DNA from: Escherichia coli
Lineage (GTDB): Bacteria > Pseudomonadota > Gammaproteobacteria > Enterobacterales > Enterobacteriaceae
Assembly (NCBI RefSeq): GCF_003334385.1
Contig: NZ_QOWN01000035.1
Direction: 5' to 3' (one strand)
Length of the DNA: 44,545 bases
Shown here piece by piece: positions 1 through 15,579 of the stretch (position 1 is the stretch's first letter; every line of letters starts with the position of its first letter). Under the pieces are notes generated by a model. The model ran no database searches and was not told the origin of the DNA. It was given only the letters and a program-made list of their open reading frames with translations. The translations under genes were made by a program, and so were the position numbers.

Positions 1-107
1 AACGCGAGGCATCGTCTTAACGAGGCACCGAGGCGTCGCATTCTTCAGATGGTTCAACCCTTAAGTTAGCGCTTATGGGCGCAGGCCCCACTTTTTGGAG
101 AAATTGT

Positions 108-785
108 ATGATGTACCACATTCCCGGCGTGTTATCGCCACAGGACGTCGCTCGTTTTCGCGAACAACTGGAACAAGCCGAATGGGTGGATGGACGCGTC
201 ACCACCGGCGCACAAGGTGCGCAAGTTAAGAACAATCAACAGGTCGACACCCGCAGCACGTTATACGCCGCCCTGCAAAATGAGGTGCTGAACGCGGTTA
301 ACCAACATGCTTTATTCTTTGCCGCGGCCTTGCCGCGTACCCTTTCCACGCCGCTGTTTAATCGCTATCAGAACAATGAAACCTATGGTTTCCATGTGGA
401 TGGCGCAGTACGCAGCCATCCACAAAACGGCTGGATGCGTACTGACCTTTCTGCCACGCTGTTTTTAAGCGATCCACAAAGCTACGACGGCGGCGAACTG
501 GTCGTTAATGACACCTTCGGACAACATCGGGTAAAACTCCCGGCAGGCGATCTCGTGTTGTATCCCTCCAGCAGCCTGCATTGCGTGACACCCGTAACCC
601 GCGGCGTACGAGTGGCATCATTTATGTGGATCCAGTCGATGATCCGCGATGATAAAAAGCGCGCCATGCTGTTTGAACTGGACAACAATATTCAGTCGCT
701 GAAAAGCCGCTACGGCGAAAGTGAAGAGATCCTGTCGCTGCTTAATCTTTATCATAATCTGCTGCGGGAATGGTCGGAGATCTGA
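108..785 (+). CDS. ybiX: PKHD-type hydroxylase (Fe(II)/2-oxoglutarate oxygenase superfamily), 225 aa
   Basis: ORF 75..785; the protein from the ATG at 108 ([20 protein letters not shown]...) matches my recollection of E. coli YbiX; GGAG Shine-Dalgarno at 97-100. The ATG at 75 is probably an artefactual extension. Confidence 0.85.
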
Positions 786-858
786 TGCTTGAACTGCCCG
801 AGTTCGTCCCTGGATTAGCTACACTTAACTGTACAAGTATTGATATGGGGAGGTCGAT

Positions 859-1125
859 ATGGCATCCGGTTGGGCTAACGATGACGCCGTCAACGAACAG
901 ATCAACAGTACAATTGAAGATGCGATTGCCCGCGCTCGGGGTGAAATTCCGCGCGGCGAAAGCCTGGATGAATGTGAAGAGTGCGGTGCCCCCATCCCGC
1001 AGGCCCGTCGGGAAGCCATTCCTGGCGTGCGCTTATGTATTCATTGTCAGCAGGAGAAAGATTTACAAAAACCAGCTTATACAGGATATAATCGCAGAGG
1101 TTCGAAAGACAGCCAGTTACGTTAA
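859..1125 (+). CDS. ybiI: DksA/TraR-family C4 zinc-finger protein, 88 aa
   Basis: CxxC...CxxC motif (CEECGAPIPQARREAIPGVRLCIHCQ) typical of the DksA/TraR family; position after ybiX matches the K-12 order. Confidence 0.8.
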   Translation: MASGWANDDAVNEQINSTIEDAIARARGEIPRGESLDECEECGAPIPQARREAIPGVRLCIHCQQEKDLQKPAYTGYNRRGSKDSQLR

Positions 1126-1389
1126 CTACAACTGGCGAGATGCATAGCGAGTATAATTTGTATTTTGCGTGTCATTCCGTGCCTTTAACGCTGCTGTGAC
1201 TGCCACGCGGTATAAAACAAGTTCATAAGTACAACAAATAAATGGTTTATCAGTAGGTTAGATATCAATCAATTTATTTGAACAAGGCGGTCAATTCTCT
1301 TCGATTTTATCTCTCGTAAAAAAACGTGATACTCATCACATCGACGAAACAACGTCACTTATACAAAAATCACCTGCGAGAGATTAATT

Positions 1390-1650
1390 ATGAAAACTAT
1401 CAATACTGTTGTTGCTGCTATGGCTCTTTCAACTCTGTCATTTGGCGTGTTCGCGGCGGAACCGGTAACGGCATCCCAGGCACAGAACATGAATAAAATC
1501 GGCGTGGTTTCTGCCGATGGCGCATCCACCCTCGATGCCCTGGAAGCGAAACTGGCTGAGAAAGCCGCGGCAGCCGGTGCCAGTGGATACAGCATCACTT
1601 CCGCCACCAACAACAATAAATTAAGCGGTACTGCGGTAATTTATAAGTAA
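1390..1650 (+). CDS. ybiJ: small secreted DUF1471-family protein, 86 aa
   Basis: N-terminal signal peptide (MKTINTVVAAMALSTLSFGVFA), C-terminal ...SGTAVIYK typical of the YbiJ/McbA family; gene order. Confidence 0.8.
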   Translation: MKTINTVVAAMALSTLSFGVFAAEPVTASQAQNMNKIGVVSADGASTLDALEAKLAEKAAAAGASGYSITSATNNNKLSGTAVIYK

Positions 1651-1655
1651 TTCGT

Positions 1656-1775
1656 AGGACGGATAAGGCGTTTACGCCGCATCCGGCAACAGATGCCTGA
1701 TGCGACGCTACCGCGTCTTATCAGGCCTACAAAATCCGAACCGTTGGACGGATCAGGCGTTTACGCTACGTCCAG
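1656..1775. repeat. REP/BIME palindromic units
   Basis: Imperfect palindromes of the REP type (gcctgatgcgacgct...gcgtcttatcaggcctac; ggacggataaggcgtttacgcc) in an intergenic gap. Confidence 0.6.
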
Positions 1776-1848
1776 CACAAGTATTTCCCTGTCTGTTTGC
1801 CGACAGACGCATATGCTCTAACCCTCATTGATCCTATGTTACCCTTGT

Positions 1849-1878
1849 TTGCCCGTCCGCCACTGGACGGGCTTTTTT
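1849..1878 (+). terminator. Rho-independent terminator candidate
   Basis: Hairpin CCGTCC-gccact-GGACGG followed by a run of 8 T, ending at the hcxB stop codon. Confidence 0.5.
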
Positions 1879-2976
<1,098 letters not shown>

Positions 2977-3021
2977 TTTATGTTATGTGTTTGTTGTATT
3001 TTTATGCTGCACGCCGGGCGT

Positions 3022-3098
<77 letters not shown>

Positions 3099-3104
3099 AA
3101 AGAA

Positions 3105-4067
<963 letters not shown>

Positions 4068-4094
4068 TTACGACTCCTTACCTGACTCACATCA

Positions 4095-6245
4095 TTAACG
4101 CCGCCGACGGCGTGGGGATTTCGTTTTTTCTTTCTTTTTAACTATACCTTCAGGGACTTCCGGTTGCTCTATCGGAAATACCGGTAATGCATCCAGTAGT
4201 CGCTTGCCATAATTTTTGGTCAGCAAGCGTTTGTCGTAGATAACCACTTCGCCCCAGCAACCGTGGCTTCGAATCAGTCGCCCAACCTGCTGAATCAGGT
4301 TAAACGAGGCGCTCGGCAGGCTTTGCACCTCAAACGGATAGCGGTTGAGGCTTTTCAGCCATTCCCCTTCGGTGATCACCACCGGGCTGTCGATGGGCGG
4401 AAAAGCGATTTTGTGGATATGCACCTGGCTGAGCAGATCACCTTTCAAATCAAGCCCTTCGGCAAATGACTGTAAGCCCACCAGCACGCTGCGCTCACCG
4501 TTGGCGACGCGTTTGCGGTGCAGTTCAACTAAACGGTAACGCGGCTGATCGCCCTGAACCAGCAACATCAGACGTAAATCCGTCACATAGTCGAGAAAGC
4601 GCTGCATCGCCCGTCCGCTGGCAAACAGTACCAACATACCGAGATGTTTTTTGCTCTCCACCTGCTTACGGAAAAAGGCCGCCATTTCGGCAATATGCTG
4701 CTCTTCGTTGTCGATGGAAGGCTCAACGCGCATCCGGGGAATAACAATTTTGCCCTGTTCGCAGTGGTTAAAGGGGGAATCCAGCGCCACAAAACGGTCG
4801 CCCGCTTTCTCTTTCAGACCACTCATCTCCTGCAAACGCGAAAAACTGTTCAGCGAACGCAAGGTTGCGGAGGTGACAATAATGTGCGGAATACTGCGCC
4901 ACAGCAGCCTTTCCAGCTGATCGCTGACACGTATTCCCACGCAGTGAAACCAGAGGTGTAGCTGCCCTTCGCGCTCTTCCCGCGTCGCCCATTTGGTCAC
5001 CGGTGCACCGGAAGATTGCGCCAGCGAAGCCAGCCGCCAGAGTTTGCTTTGCGCCTCGAACATCCCCAACGCGCGGTTCATCTGCAAAATCAACCGATGC
5101 AGACGTACAATGTCATGGCTGCCGGTTTTCTCACTTAAATCGTTAAGAAATAACTCCGCCAGGCCACGCAGCATCTCGGTGAGTTTTGCCAGCCGCTGGC
5201 AGATCTCCAGCACTTCATCTGGCAGTTCGCCCATCGCAAAACGGTGCTCTGCCTCCTGCCCGGCAGGCATGTAGAGATTGAGAATGTTGTTTAACGAGGC
5301 GATAAGCTCATACAACTCTTCACAATGCGCATTCAAACGTTCAGGGATCGCCAGCGGTGGGATGGTCTTCGGGCGAAACTGCTCCATGCAGGTAGCGACC
5401 AGTTTCGTGAACAAGTCCAGCTGTAGCCGATACCACGGCGCGGTGATTTCGGCGCTCATCTCAAGCGCATCCCGCGCCACATCCGGCAGGTGATGGCCTT
5501 CGTCCAGCACCAGCAGTAAATTTTTCGGGTCAGGCAATACCGCTTCGCTTTCCATCGCCGCCATCACCAGCGCATGGTTTGCCACCACCACTTCCGCTTC
5601 CTGAATCTCCCGACGAGCGACAAAAAACGGGCATTCACGATAGTAGTAACAATTGCGGTTGAGGCAGCTGGCTTTGTCGGTACTTAAACGACGCCAGAGA
5701 TCGTCATCTATAGCGATATCAGTATGATCGCGCAGACCATCCCATTTATAAGTATCGAGATCGCCCTTCAGCTTCGCACAACGTTTTTGCTCTTCCTGAT
5801 TGTTCGGCGTCAGTTCGTCGTCAAGAAACGCCAGCAGATCCTGTTGCGTGGGTTCAGTACTGGCGAGCGCCGTCAGATTACGCGGACAAACGTAGCGCCC
5901 ACGCCCAAAAGCGGCAGTGAATTTAAGATCGGGAATGATCTTTTTCAGCAGCGGTAAATCTTTGCTGTAAATCTGATCCTGCAATGCCACGTTGGCGGTA
6001 CTCACCACCAGCGTTTTTTGCTCTTCGCGGGCAATGGCGATGCCGGGAATCAAATAAGAGAGCGTTTTCCCAACGCCGGTGGGGGCTTCAATCGCCAGAT
6101 GTCGCCCTTCTTCTCCGGCCAGCGTTTTGGCGACGTCCGCAATCATCTGCCGCTGCGGCGCACGGGGAATAAAGTCGGGGATCTGTTCCTGAAGCGCCTT
6201 ATACCAGGCGGCAATTTGCGCTTTAAGCGCGGCGGTTAATGCCAT
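4095..6245 (-). CDS. dinG: ATP-dependent DNA helicase DinG, 716 aa
   Basis: ORF 4095..6380 contains the DinG sequence from the internal Met (MALTAALKAQIAAWYKALQEQIPDF...), with a helicase Walker A motif (APTGVGKT) and Fe-S cysteines; the 45-codon upstream extension is judged spurious. Confidence 0.9.
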   Translation of the reverse strand: MALTAALKAQIAAWYKALQEQIPDFIPRAPQRQMIADVAKTLAGEEGRHLAIEAPTGVGKTLSYLIPGIAIAREEQKTLVVSTANVALQDQIYSKDLPLLKKIIPDLKFTAAFGRGRYVCPRNLTALASTEPTQQDLLAFLDDELTPNNQEEQKRCAKLKGDLDTYKWDGLRDHTDIAIDDDLWRRLSTDKASCLNRNCYYYRECPFFVARREIQEAEVVVANHALVMAAMESEAVLPDPKNLLLVLDEGHHLPDVARDALEMSAEITAPWYRLQLDLFTKLVATCMEQFRPKTIPPLAIPERLNAHCEELYELIASLNNILNLYMPAGQEAEHRFAMGELPDEVLEICQRLAKLTEMLRGLAELFLNDLSEKTGSHDIVRLHRLILQMNRALGMFEAQSKLWRLASLAQSSGAPVTKWATREEREGQLHLWFHCVGIRVSDQLERLLWRSIPHIIVTSATLRSLNSFSRLQEMSGLKEKAGDRFVALDSPFNHCEQGKIVIPRMRVEPSIDNEEQHIAEMAAFFRKQVESKKHLGMLVLFASGRAMQRFLDYVTDLRLMLLVQGDQPRYRLVELHRKRVANGERSVLVGLQSFAEGLDLKGDLLSQVHIHKIAFPPIDSPVVITEGEWLKSLNRYPFEVQSLPSASFNLIQQVGRLIRSHGCWGEVVIYDKRLLTKNYGKRLLDALPVFPIEQPEVPEGIVKKKEKTKSPRRRRR

Positions 6246-6259
6246 GAGAAAACCTGAAA

Positions 6260-6279
6260 TACTGTATAAACAGCCAATA
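6260..6279. promoter_or_regulatory. LexA (SOS) box of dinG, non-canonical
   Basis: tactgtataaacagccaata is the reverse complement of the recalled dinG SOS box TATTGGCTGTTTATACAGTA (TTG-N10-CAG); it lies 15 bp upstream of the dinG start. Confidence 0.7.
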
Positions 6280-6364
6280 TTGTGGCATTTTTCGGTTTTC
6301 AGGGGTAATGGTTTTTCTGTTTCTGGAAAGCGGCTCGCAATAACCACCAACATAATGCGGTTTA

Positions 6365-6847
6365 ATGCCCGTTCGAGCACAAAGGATCCAACACGTCATG
6401 CAAGACACCATCATAAATTTCTACAGCACCAGCGATGACTACGGTGATTTTTCTAACTTTGCCGCCTGGCCCATCAAGGTTGACGGGAAAACCTGGCCCA
6501 CCTCAGAACACTATTTTCAGGCACAAAAATTCCTTGATGAAAAATACCGCGAAGAGATCCGTCGGGTTTCTTCCCCTATGGTCGCCGCACGCATGGGGCG
6601 CGATCGTTCTAAGCCTCTGCGTAAAAACTGGGAGTCGGTCAAAGAACAGGTGATGCGAAAAGCACTTCGCGCTAAATTCGAACAGCATGCAGAACTGCGT
6701 GCGCTCTTGCTGGCAACCGCGCCCGCAAAACTGGTTGAGCATACGGAAAACGATGCTTACTGGGGAGACGGTGGTCATGGTAAGGGCAAGAATCGACTGG
6801 GCTACCTTTTAATGGAGTTGCGCGAACAATTGGCTATAGAGAAGTAA
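6365..6847 (+). CDS. ybiA: NADAR/DUF1768-family N-glycosidase, 160 aa
   Basis: Full-length ORF (MPVRAQRIQHVMQDTIINFYSTSDDYGDFSNFAAWP...) matching K-12 YbiA; divergent from dinG. Confidence 0.85.
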   Translation: MPVRAQRIQHVMQDTIINFYSTSDDYGDFSNFAAWPIKVDGKTWPTSEHYFQAQKFLDEKYREEIRRVSSPMVAARMGRDRSKPLRKNWESVKEQVMRKALRAKFEQHAELRALLLATAPAKLVEHTENDAYWGDGGHGKGKNRLGYLLMELREQLAIEK

Positions 6848-6917
6848 CGTCTCGGTGGCTTATGGGCGGTAAAACAGATAAATTTTTTCCCGTGTTCTCA
6901 AATTGCTGACAAGTGCT

Positions 6918-7040
<123 letters not shown>

Positions 7041-7078
7041 TCATCAGCCTGATGCCGGGCATAGCCCGGCATAAAAGA

Positions 7079-8443
7079 TTACTGCGCAGCGGCAGGTTTA
7101 CGCGGACGGCGGCGACGTTGTTGTTCGCCTGCCGGTTTGGCATCGCCGAGGCGGCGAGACGGTTTTTCTGCAGGTTTCGCGCTTGCAGATTTTGCGCCAC
7201 CTTCCCCACGGCGTGGTTGCTGTTGACCGCGACCACCACCTTGCCCACGACCGCCGCCGCCACGTTGCTGGCGACCGTTCTGGATCGGTTCGGCTTTGAT
7301 TGACGGGTCCGGCTCATAGCCCGGAATCGCAATGCGCGGGATCTCTTTTTTCAGCAGTTTTTCGATATCACGCAGCAGTTTGTGTTCATCAACACACACC
7401 AGCGACAACGCTTCACCGGTAGCAGCCGCACGACCGGTACGCCCGATACGGTGGACATAATCTTCAGGTACGTTTGGCAGTTCATAGTTGACGACGTGCG
7501 GCAGCTCTTCAATATCCAGGCCGCGCGCAGCGATGTCAGTTGCCACCAGTACACGAATATCGCCCGATTTAAAATCAGCCAGCGCACGAGTACGCGCACC
7601 TTGCGATTTATTGCCGTGGATCGCCGCACTACGGATGCCATCTTTATTGAGCTGTTCAGCCAGATGGTTAGCGCCGTGTTTGGTACGGGTAAACACCAGC
7701 ACCTGCTGCCAGTTCCCTTTCCCAATCATGTGCGACAGCAATTCGCGTTTGCGTTTCTTATCGACAAAGTGAACGTGCTGGGTCACCTGATCAGACGCGG
7801 TATTGCGGCGTGCCACTTCGATTTCCAGCGGGTTGTGCAACAGTTTTTCCGCCAGGGCTTTAATATCGTCAGAGAAGGTCGCGGAGAATAACAGGTTCTG
7901 GCGCTTCGCAGGTAGTTTTGTTAACACGCGACGGATATCGTGGATAAAGCCCATGTCGAGCATGCGGTCAGCTTCATCGAGGACGAGGATTTCAACCTGA
8001 TCCAGCTTCACTGCATTCTGATGTTCCAGGTCCAGCAAACGTCCCGGGGTTGCCACCAGCACATCAACGCCGCCACGCAGTTTCATCATCTGCGGGTTAA
8101 TACTCACACCACCAAACACCACCAGCGAACGAATGTTCAGGTATTTGCTGTAATCACGGACGTTTTCGCCAATCTGCGCCGCCAGTTCACGGGTCGGGGT
8201 AAGAATGAGCGCACGTACCGGACGACGCCCTTTGGCGTGCGGCTGGCGAGTGATCAGGTGTTGCAACAGCGGCAGCGTAAAGCCCGCTGTTTTGCCGGTG
8301 CCGGTCTGGGCGCTAGCCATCAGGTCGCGGCCTTCCAGCACCGCAGGGATCGCCTGCTGCTGAATAGGGGTGGGTTCACGGTAACCCTGCTCGGCAACGG
8401 CGCGCAGGATATCAGGGCTTAAACCCAAAGAATCGAAAGACAT
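7079..8443 (-). CDS. rhlE: DEAD-box ATP-dependent RNA helicase RhlE, 454 aa
   Basis: Q-motif, Walker A (AQTGTGKT), DEAD box (VLDEAD), SAT motif and an arginine/glycine-rich basic C-terminal tail; matches K-12 RhlE. Confidence 0.9.
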
Positions 8444-8636
8444 AACTACTCCGAACCGCCCCGACCGTTACCGGTGTAGTTTTCAGGGAGATACTGAAAA
8501 GGAAAATGACAAAAACCACAATGTCATGAGGGAGCGGAGTGTAGCAGTTTTTGTGACGCAGCGCATAAATTATCCCTGTGACTGGCGTTGCTAAAATTCT
8601 TAGCCATACTGGACAACTCCCCTATGGAGTCATAAT

Positions 8637-8658
8637 CTTAATCAATCATTTGATTAAG
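8637..8658. promoter_or_regulatory. Perfect 9-4-9 palindrome, candidate CecR (TetR-family) operator
   Basis: CTTAATCAA-tcat-TTGATTAAG ends 14 bp upstream of the cecR start; TetR-family repressors usually bind palindromes at their own promoter. Function inferred, not demonstrated here. Confidence 0.45.
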
Positions 8659-8671
8659 AATGGACTGTGCG

Positions 8672-12062
<3,391 letters not shown>

Positions 12063-12070
<8 letters not shown>

Positions 12071-13196
12071 CCCGATCCTGTCCTGGCGTCGCGTACGGGC
12101 GCTGTGCGTTAAAGAGACGCGGCAGATCGTTCGCGATCCGAGTAGCTGGCTGATTGCGGTAGTGATCCCGCTGCTACTGCTGTTTATTTTTGGTTACGGC
12201 ATTAACCTCGACTCCAGCAAGCTGCGGGTCGGGATTTTACTGGAACAGCGTAGCGAAGCGGCGCTGGATTTCACCCACACCATGACCGGTTCGCCCTACA
12301 TCGACGCCACCATCAGCGATAACCGTCAGGAACTGATCGCCAAAATGCAGGCGGGGAAAATTCGCGGTCTGGTGGTTATTCCGGTGGATTTTGCGGAACA
12401 GATGGAGCGCGCCAACGCCACCGCACCGATTCAGGTGATCACCGACGGCAGTGAGCCGAATACCGCTAACTTTGTACAGGGGTATGTCGAAGGGATCTGG
12501 CAGATCTGGCAAATGCAGCGAGCGGAGGACAACGGGCAGACTTTTGAACCGCTTATTGATGTACAAACCCGCTACTGGTTTAACCCGGCGGCGATTAGCC
12601 AGCACTTCATTATCCCCGGTGCGGTGACCATTATCATGACGGTCATCGGCGCGATTCTCACCTCGCTGGTGGTGGCGCGAGAATGGGAACGCGGCACCAT
12701 GGAGGCTCTGCTCTCTACGGAGATTACCCGCACGGAACTGCTGCTGTGTAAGCTGATCCCTTATTACTTTCTCGGGATGCTGGCGATGTTGCTGTGTATG
12801 CTGGTGTCAGTGTTTATTCTCGGCGTGCCGTATCGCGGGTCGCTGCTGATTCTGTTTTTTATCTCCAGCCTGTTTTTACTCAGTACCCTGGGGATGGGGC
12901 TGCTGATTTCCACGATTACCCGCAACCAGTTCAATGCCGCTCAGGTCGCCCTGAACGCCGCTTTTCTGCCGTCGATTATGCTTTCCGGCTTTATTTTTCA
13001 GATCGACAGTATGCCCGCGGTGATCCGCGCGGTGACGTACATTATTCCCGCTCGTTATTTCGTCAGCACCCTGCAAAGCCTGTTCCTCGCCGGGAATATT
13101 CCAGTGGTGCTGGTGGTAAACGTGCTGTTTTTGATCGCTTCGGCGGTGATGTTTATCGGCCTGACGTGGCTGAAAACCAAACGTCGGCTGGATTAG
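12063..13196 (+). CDS. ybhS: ABC-2 type transporter permease, 377 aa
   Basis: Multi-pass membrane protein after an N-terminal soluble region; overlaps the ybhF stop; K-12 order ybhG-F-S-R. Confidence 0.85.
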
Positions 13197-13206
13197 GGAG
13201 AAGAGC

Positions 13207-14313
13207 ATGTTTCATCGCTTATGGACGTTAATCCGCAAAGAGTTGCAGTCGTTGCTGCGCGAACCGCAAACCCGCGCGATTCTGATTTTACCCGTGCTAA
13301 TTCAGGTGATCCTGTTCCCGTTCGCCGCCACGCTGGAAGTGACTAACGCCACCATCGCCATCTACGATGAAGATAACGGCGAGCATTCGGTGGAGCTGAC
13401 CCAACGTTTTGCCCGCGCCAGCGCCTTTACTCATGTGCTGCTGCTGAAAAGCCCACAGGAGATCCGCCCAACCATCGACACACAAAAGGCGTTACTACTG
13501 GTGCGTTTCCCGGCTGACTTCTCGCGCAAACTGGATACCTTCCAGACCGCGCCTTTGCAGTTGATCCTCGACGGGCGTAACTCCAACAGTGCGCAAATTG
13601 CCGCCAACTACCTGCAACAGATCGTCAAAAATTATCAGCAGGAGCTGCTGGAAGGAAAACCGAAACCTAACAACAGCGAGCTGGTGGTACGCAACTGGTA
13701 TAACCCGAATCTCGACTACAAATGGTTTGTGGTGCCGTCACTGATCGCCATGATCACCACTATCGGCGTAATGATCGTCACTTCACTTTCCGTCGCCCGC
13801 GAACGTGAACAAGGTACGCTCGATCAGCTACTGGTTTCGCCGCTCACCACCTGGCAGATCTTCATCGGCAAAGCCGTACCGGCGTTAATTGTCGCCACCT
13901 TCCAGGCCACCATTGTGCTGGCGATTGGTATCTGGGCGTATCAAATCCCCTTCGCCGGATCGCTGGCGCTGTTCTACTTTACGATGGTGATTTATGGTTT
14001 ATCGCTGGTGGGATTCGGTCTGTTGATTTCATCACTCTGTTCAACACAACAGCAGGCGTTTATCGGCGTGTTTGTCTTTATGATGCCCGCCATTCTCCTT
14101 TCCGGTTACGTTTCTCCGGTGGAAAACATGCCGGTATGGCTGCAAAACCTGACGTGGATTAACCCTATTCGCCACTTTACGGACATTACCAAGCAGATTT
14201 ATTTGAAGGATGCGAGTCTGGATATTGTGTGGAATAGTTTGTGGCCGCTACTGGTGATAACGGCCACGACAGGGTCAGCGGCGTACGCGATGTTTAGACG
14301 TAAGGTGATGTAA
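13207..14313 (+). CDS. ybhR: ABC-2 type transporter permease, 368 aa
   Basis: Paralogous to ybhS in architecture; last gene of the ybhGFSR efflux operon. Confidence 0.85.
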
Positions 14314-14685
14314 CTTCTTATCTTTCGCCAGCAAAGACACTACCGCCGGGCCGGCAAGGATTGCCAGCCCTGCAATTGCCAGCAAAAAGTTGTTTTCCAG
14401 AACGCGGGACAACAGCCACAGCACAATCAGCGCTGCGCCAAAATACCAGGTCGTGGTCAGCTCTTCCAGCACGTCTGCCACCTCACGCCAGCGTTGCTCG
14501 GGGTGGCGCTGAAACACCAGCATCATCACTACCGTGACACAATACAGTGCGCATAATCCCACGCCGACGTGAACCAGAGTCTTACTCATCCAGCCCACCA
14601 CCAGCAGCGCCACTACCAGTAAATGCAACATAATCTGCCAGCAACTTAGACCCGTTGCGACACGAACACGTTGTTGCCACTTCAT
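14275..14685 (-). CDS. ybhQ: inner membrane protein, 136 aa
   Basis: Hydrophobic 4-helix protein; convergent with ybhR and overlapping its 3' end by 39 bp. Confidence 0.75.
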
Positions 14686-14817
14686 GGCTTCTCTCCTGAA
14701 GAATTTATCTCTACTTACTCAGAGTACCGAACTTTACGGAAAATTCCGTAAGACCGCACCTTTTTGTGACGCCGACTACACTATTTCAATGAGATAAGAG
14801 GCAAAGACAGGAAAATT

Positions 14818-15579
14818 ATGCCCGATCAAACACAACAATTTTCGTTCAAGGTGCTCACCATCAATATTCACAAAGGCTTTACCGCGTTTAACCGACGCTT
14901 CATTTTGCCGGAACTTCGCGACGCCGTGCGTACCGTCAGCGCCGATATTGTTTGCCTGCAGGAAGTGATGGGCGCGCACGAAGTTCATCCGCTGCATGTG
15001 GAAAACTGGCCCGATACCTCGCACTACGAGTTTCTCGCCGACACTATGTGGAGCGATTTTGCCTACGGTCGCAATGCCGTATACCCGGAAGGGCATCACG
15101 GCAACGCCGTACTGTCGCGTTATCCCATTGAACATTATGAGAATCGCGATGTTTCGGTCGATGGTGCGGAAAAGCGCGGCGTGCTCTACTGCCGCATTGT
15201 GCCGCCGATGACCGGAAAAGCGATTCATGTGATGTGCGTACATCTGGGCCTGCGTGAGGCGCACCGTCAGGCGCAGCTTGCGATGCTCGCCGAATGGGTG
15301 AATGAGCTACCGGACGGCGAACCGGTATTGGTGGCGGGTGATTTCAATGACTGGCGGCAAAAAGCTAATCATCCGTTAAAAGTGCAGGCCGGACTGGATG
15401 AGATTTTTACCCGCGCCCACGGACGCCCGGCGCGCACGTTTCCGGTGCAATTTCCTCTACTACGACTGGACAGGATCTACGTCAAAAATGCCAGCGCCAG
15501 CGCGCCAACCGCGTTGCCGCTGCGGACATGGCGACACCTTTCTGATCATGCCCCTTTAAGTGCGGAGATTCATTTATGA
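14818..15579 (+). CDS. ybhP: endonuclease/exonuclease/phosphatase (EEP) family protein, 253 aa
   Basis: EEP-fold motifs (CLQEV..., GDFND, SDHAPL); first gene of ybhP-clsB-ybhN. Confidence 0.8.

Noticed and set aside
1-70. 3' end of a fiu-like TonB-dependent receptor gene at the window start
   Set aside because: Expected from K-12 gene order, but none of the three forward frames ends with the C-terminal aromatic residue typical of TonB-dependent receptors, so I could not support calling a partial CDS here.
75-107. N-terminal extension of ybiX from the ATG at 75 ([11 protein letters not shown]...)
   Set aside because: This ATG lies inside the shared hairpin/terminator-like module, and the Shine-Dalgarno (GGAG at 97-100) serves the ATG at 108; the 225-aa product from 108 matches YbiX.
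17-235. 72-aa ORF on the minus strand overlapping the ybiX start
   Set aside because: Antisense to ybiX and spanning the 26-bp shared element; its resemblance to the ORF at 44202..44513 (shared ...PISANLRV...) is just that DNA repeat translated. No RBS or family support.
4095-6380. Full 761-aa dinG ORF as given by the track
   Set aside because: The first 45 codons run through the dinG LexA box and promoter into the ybiA start region; the start at 6245 gives the 716-aa DinG.
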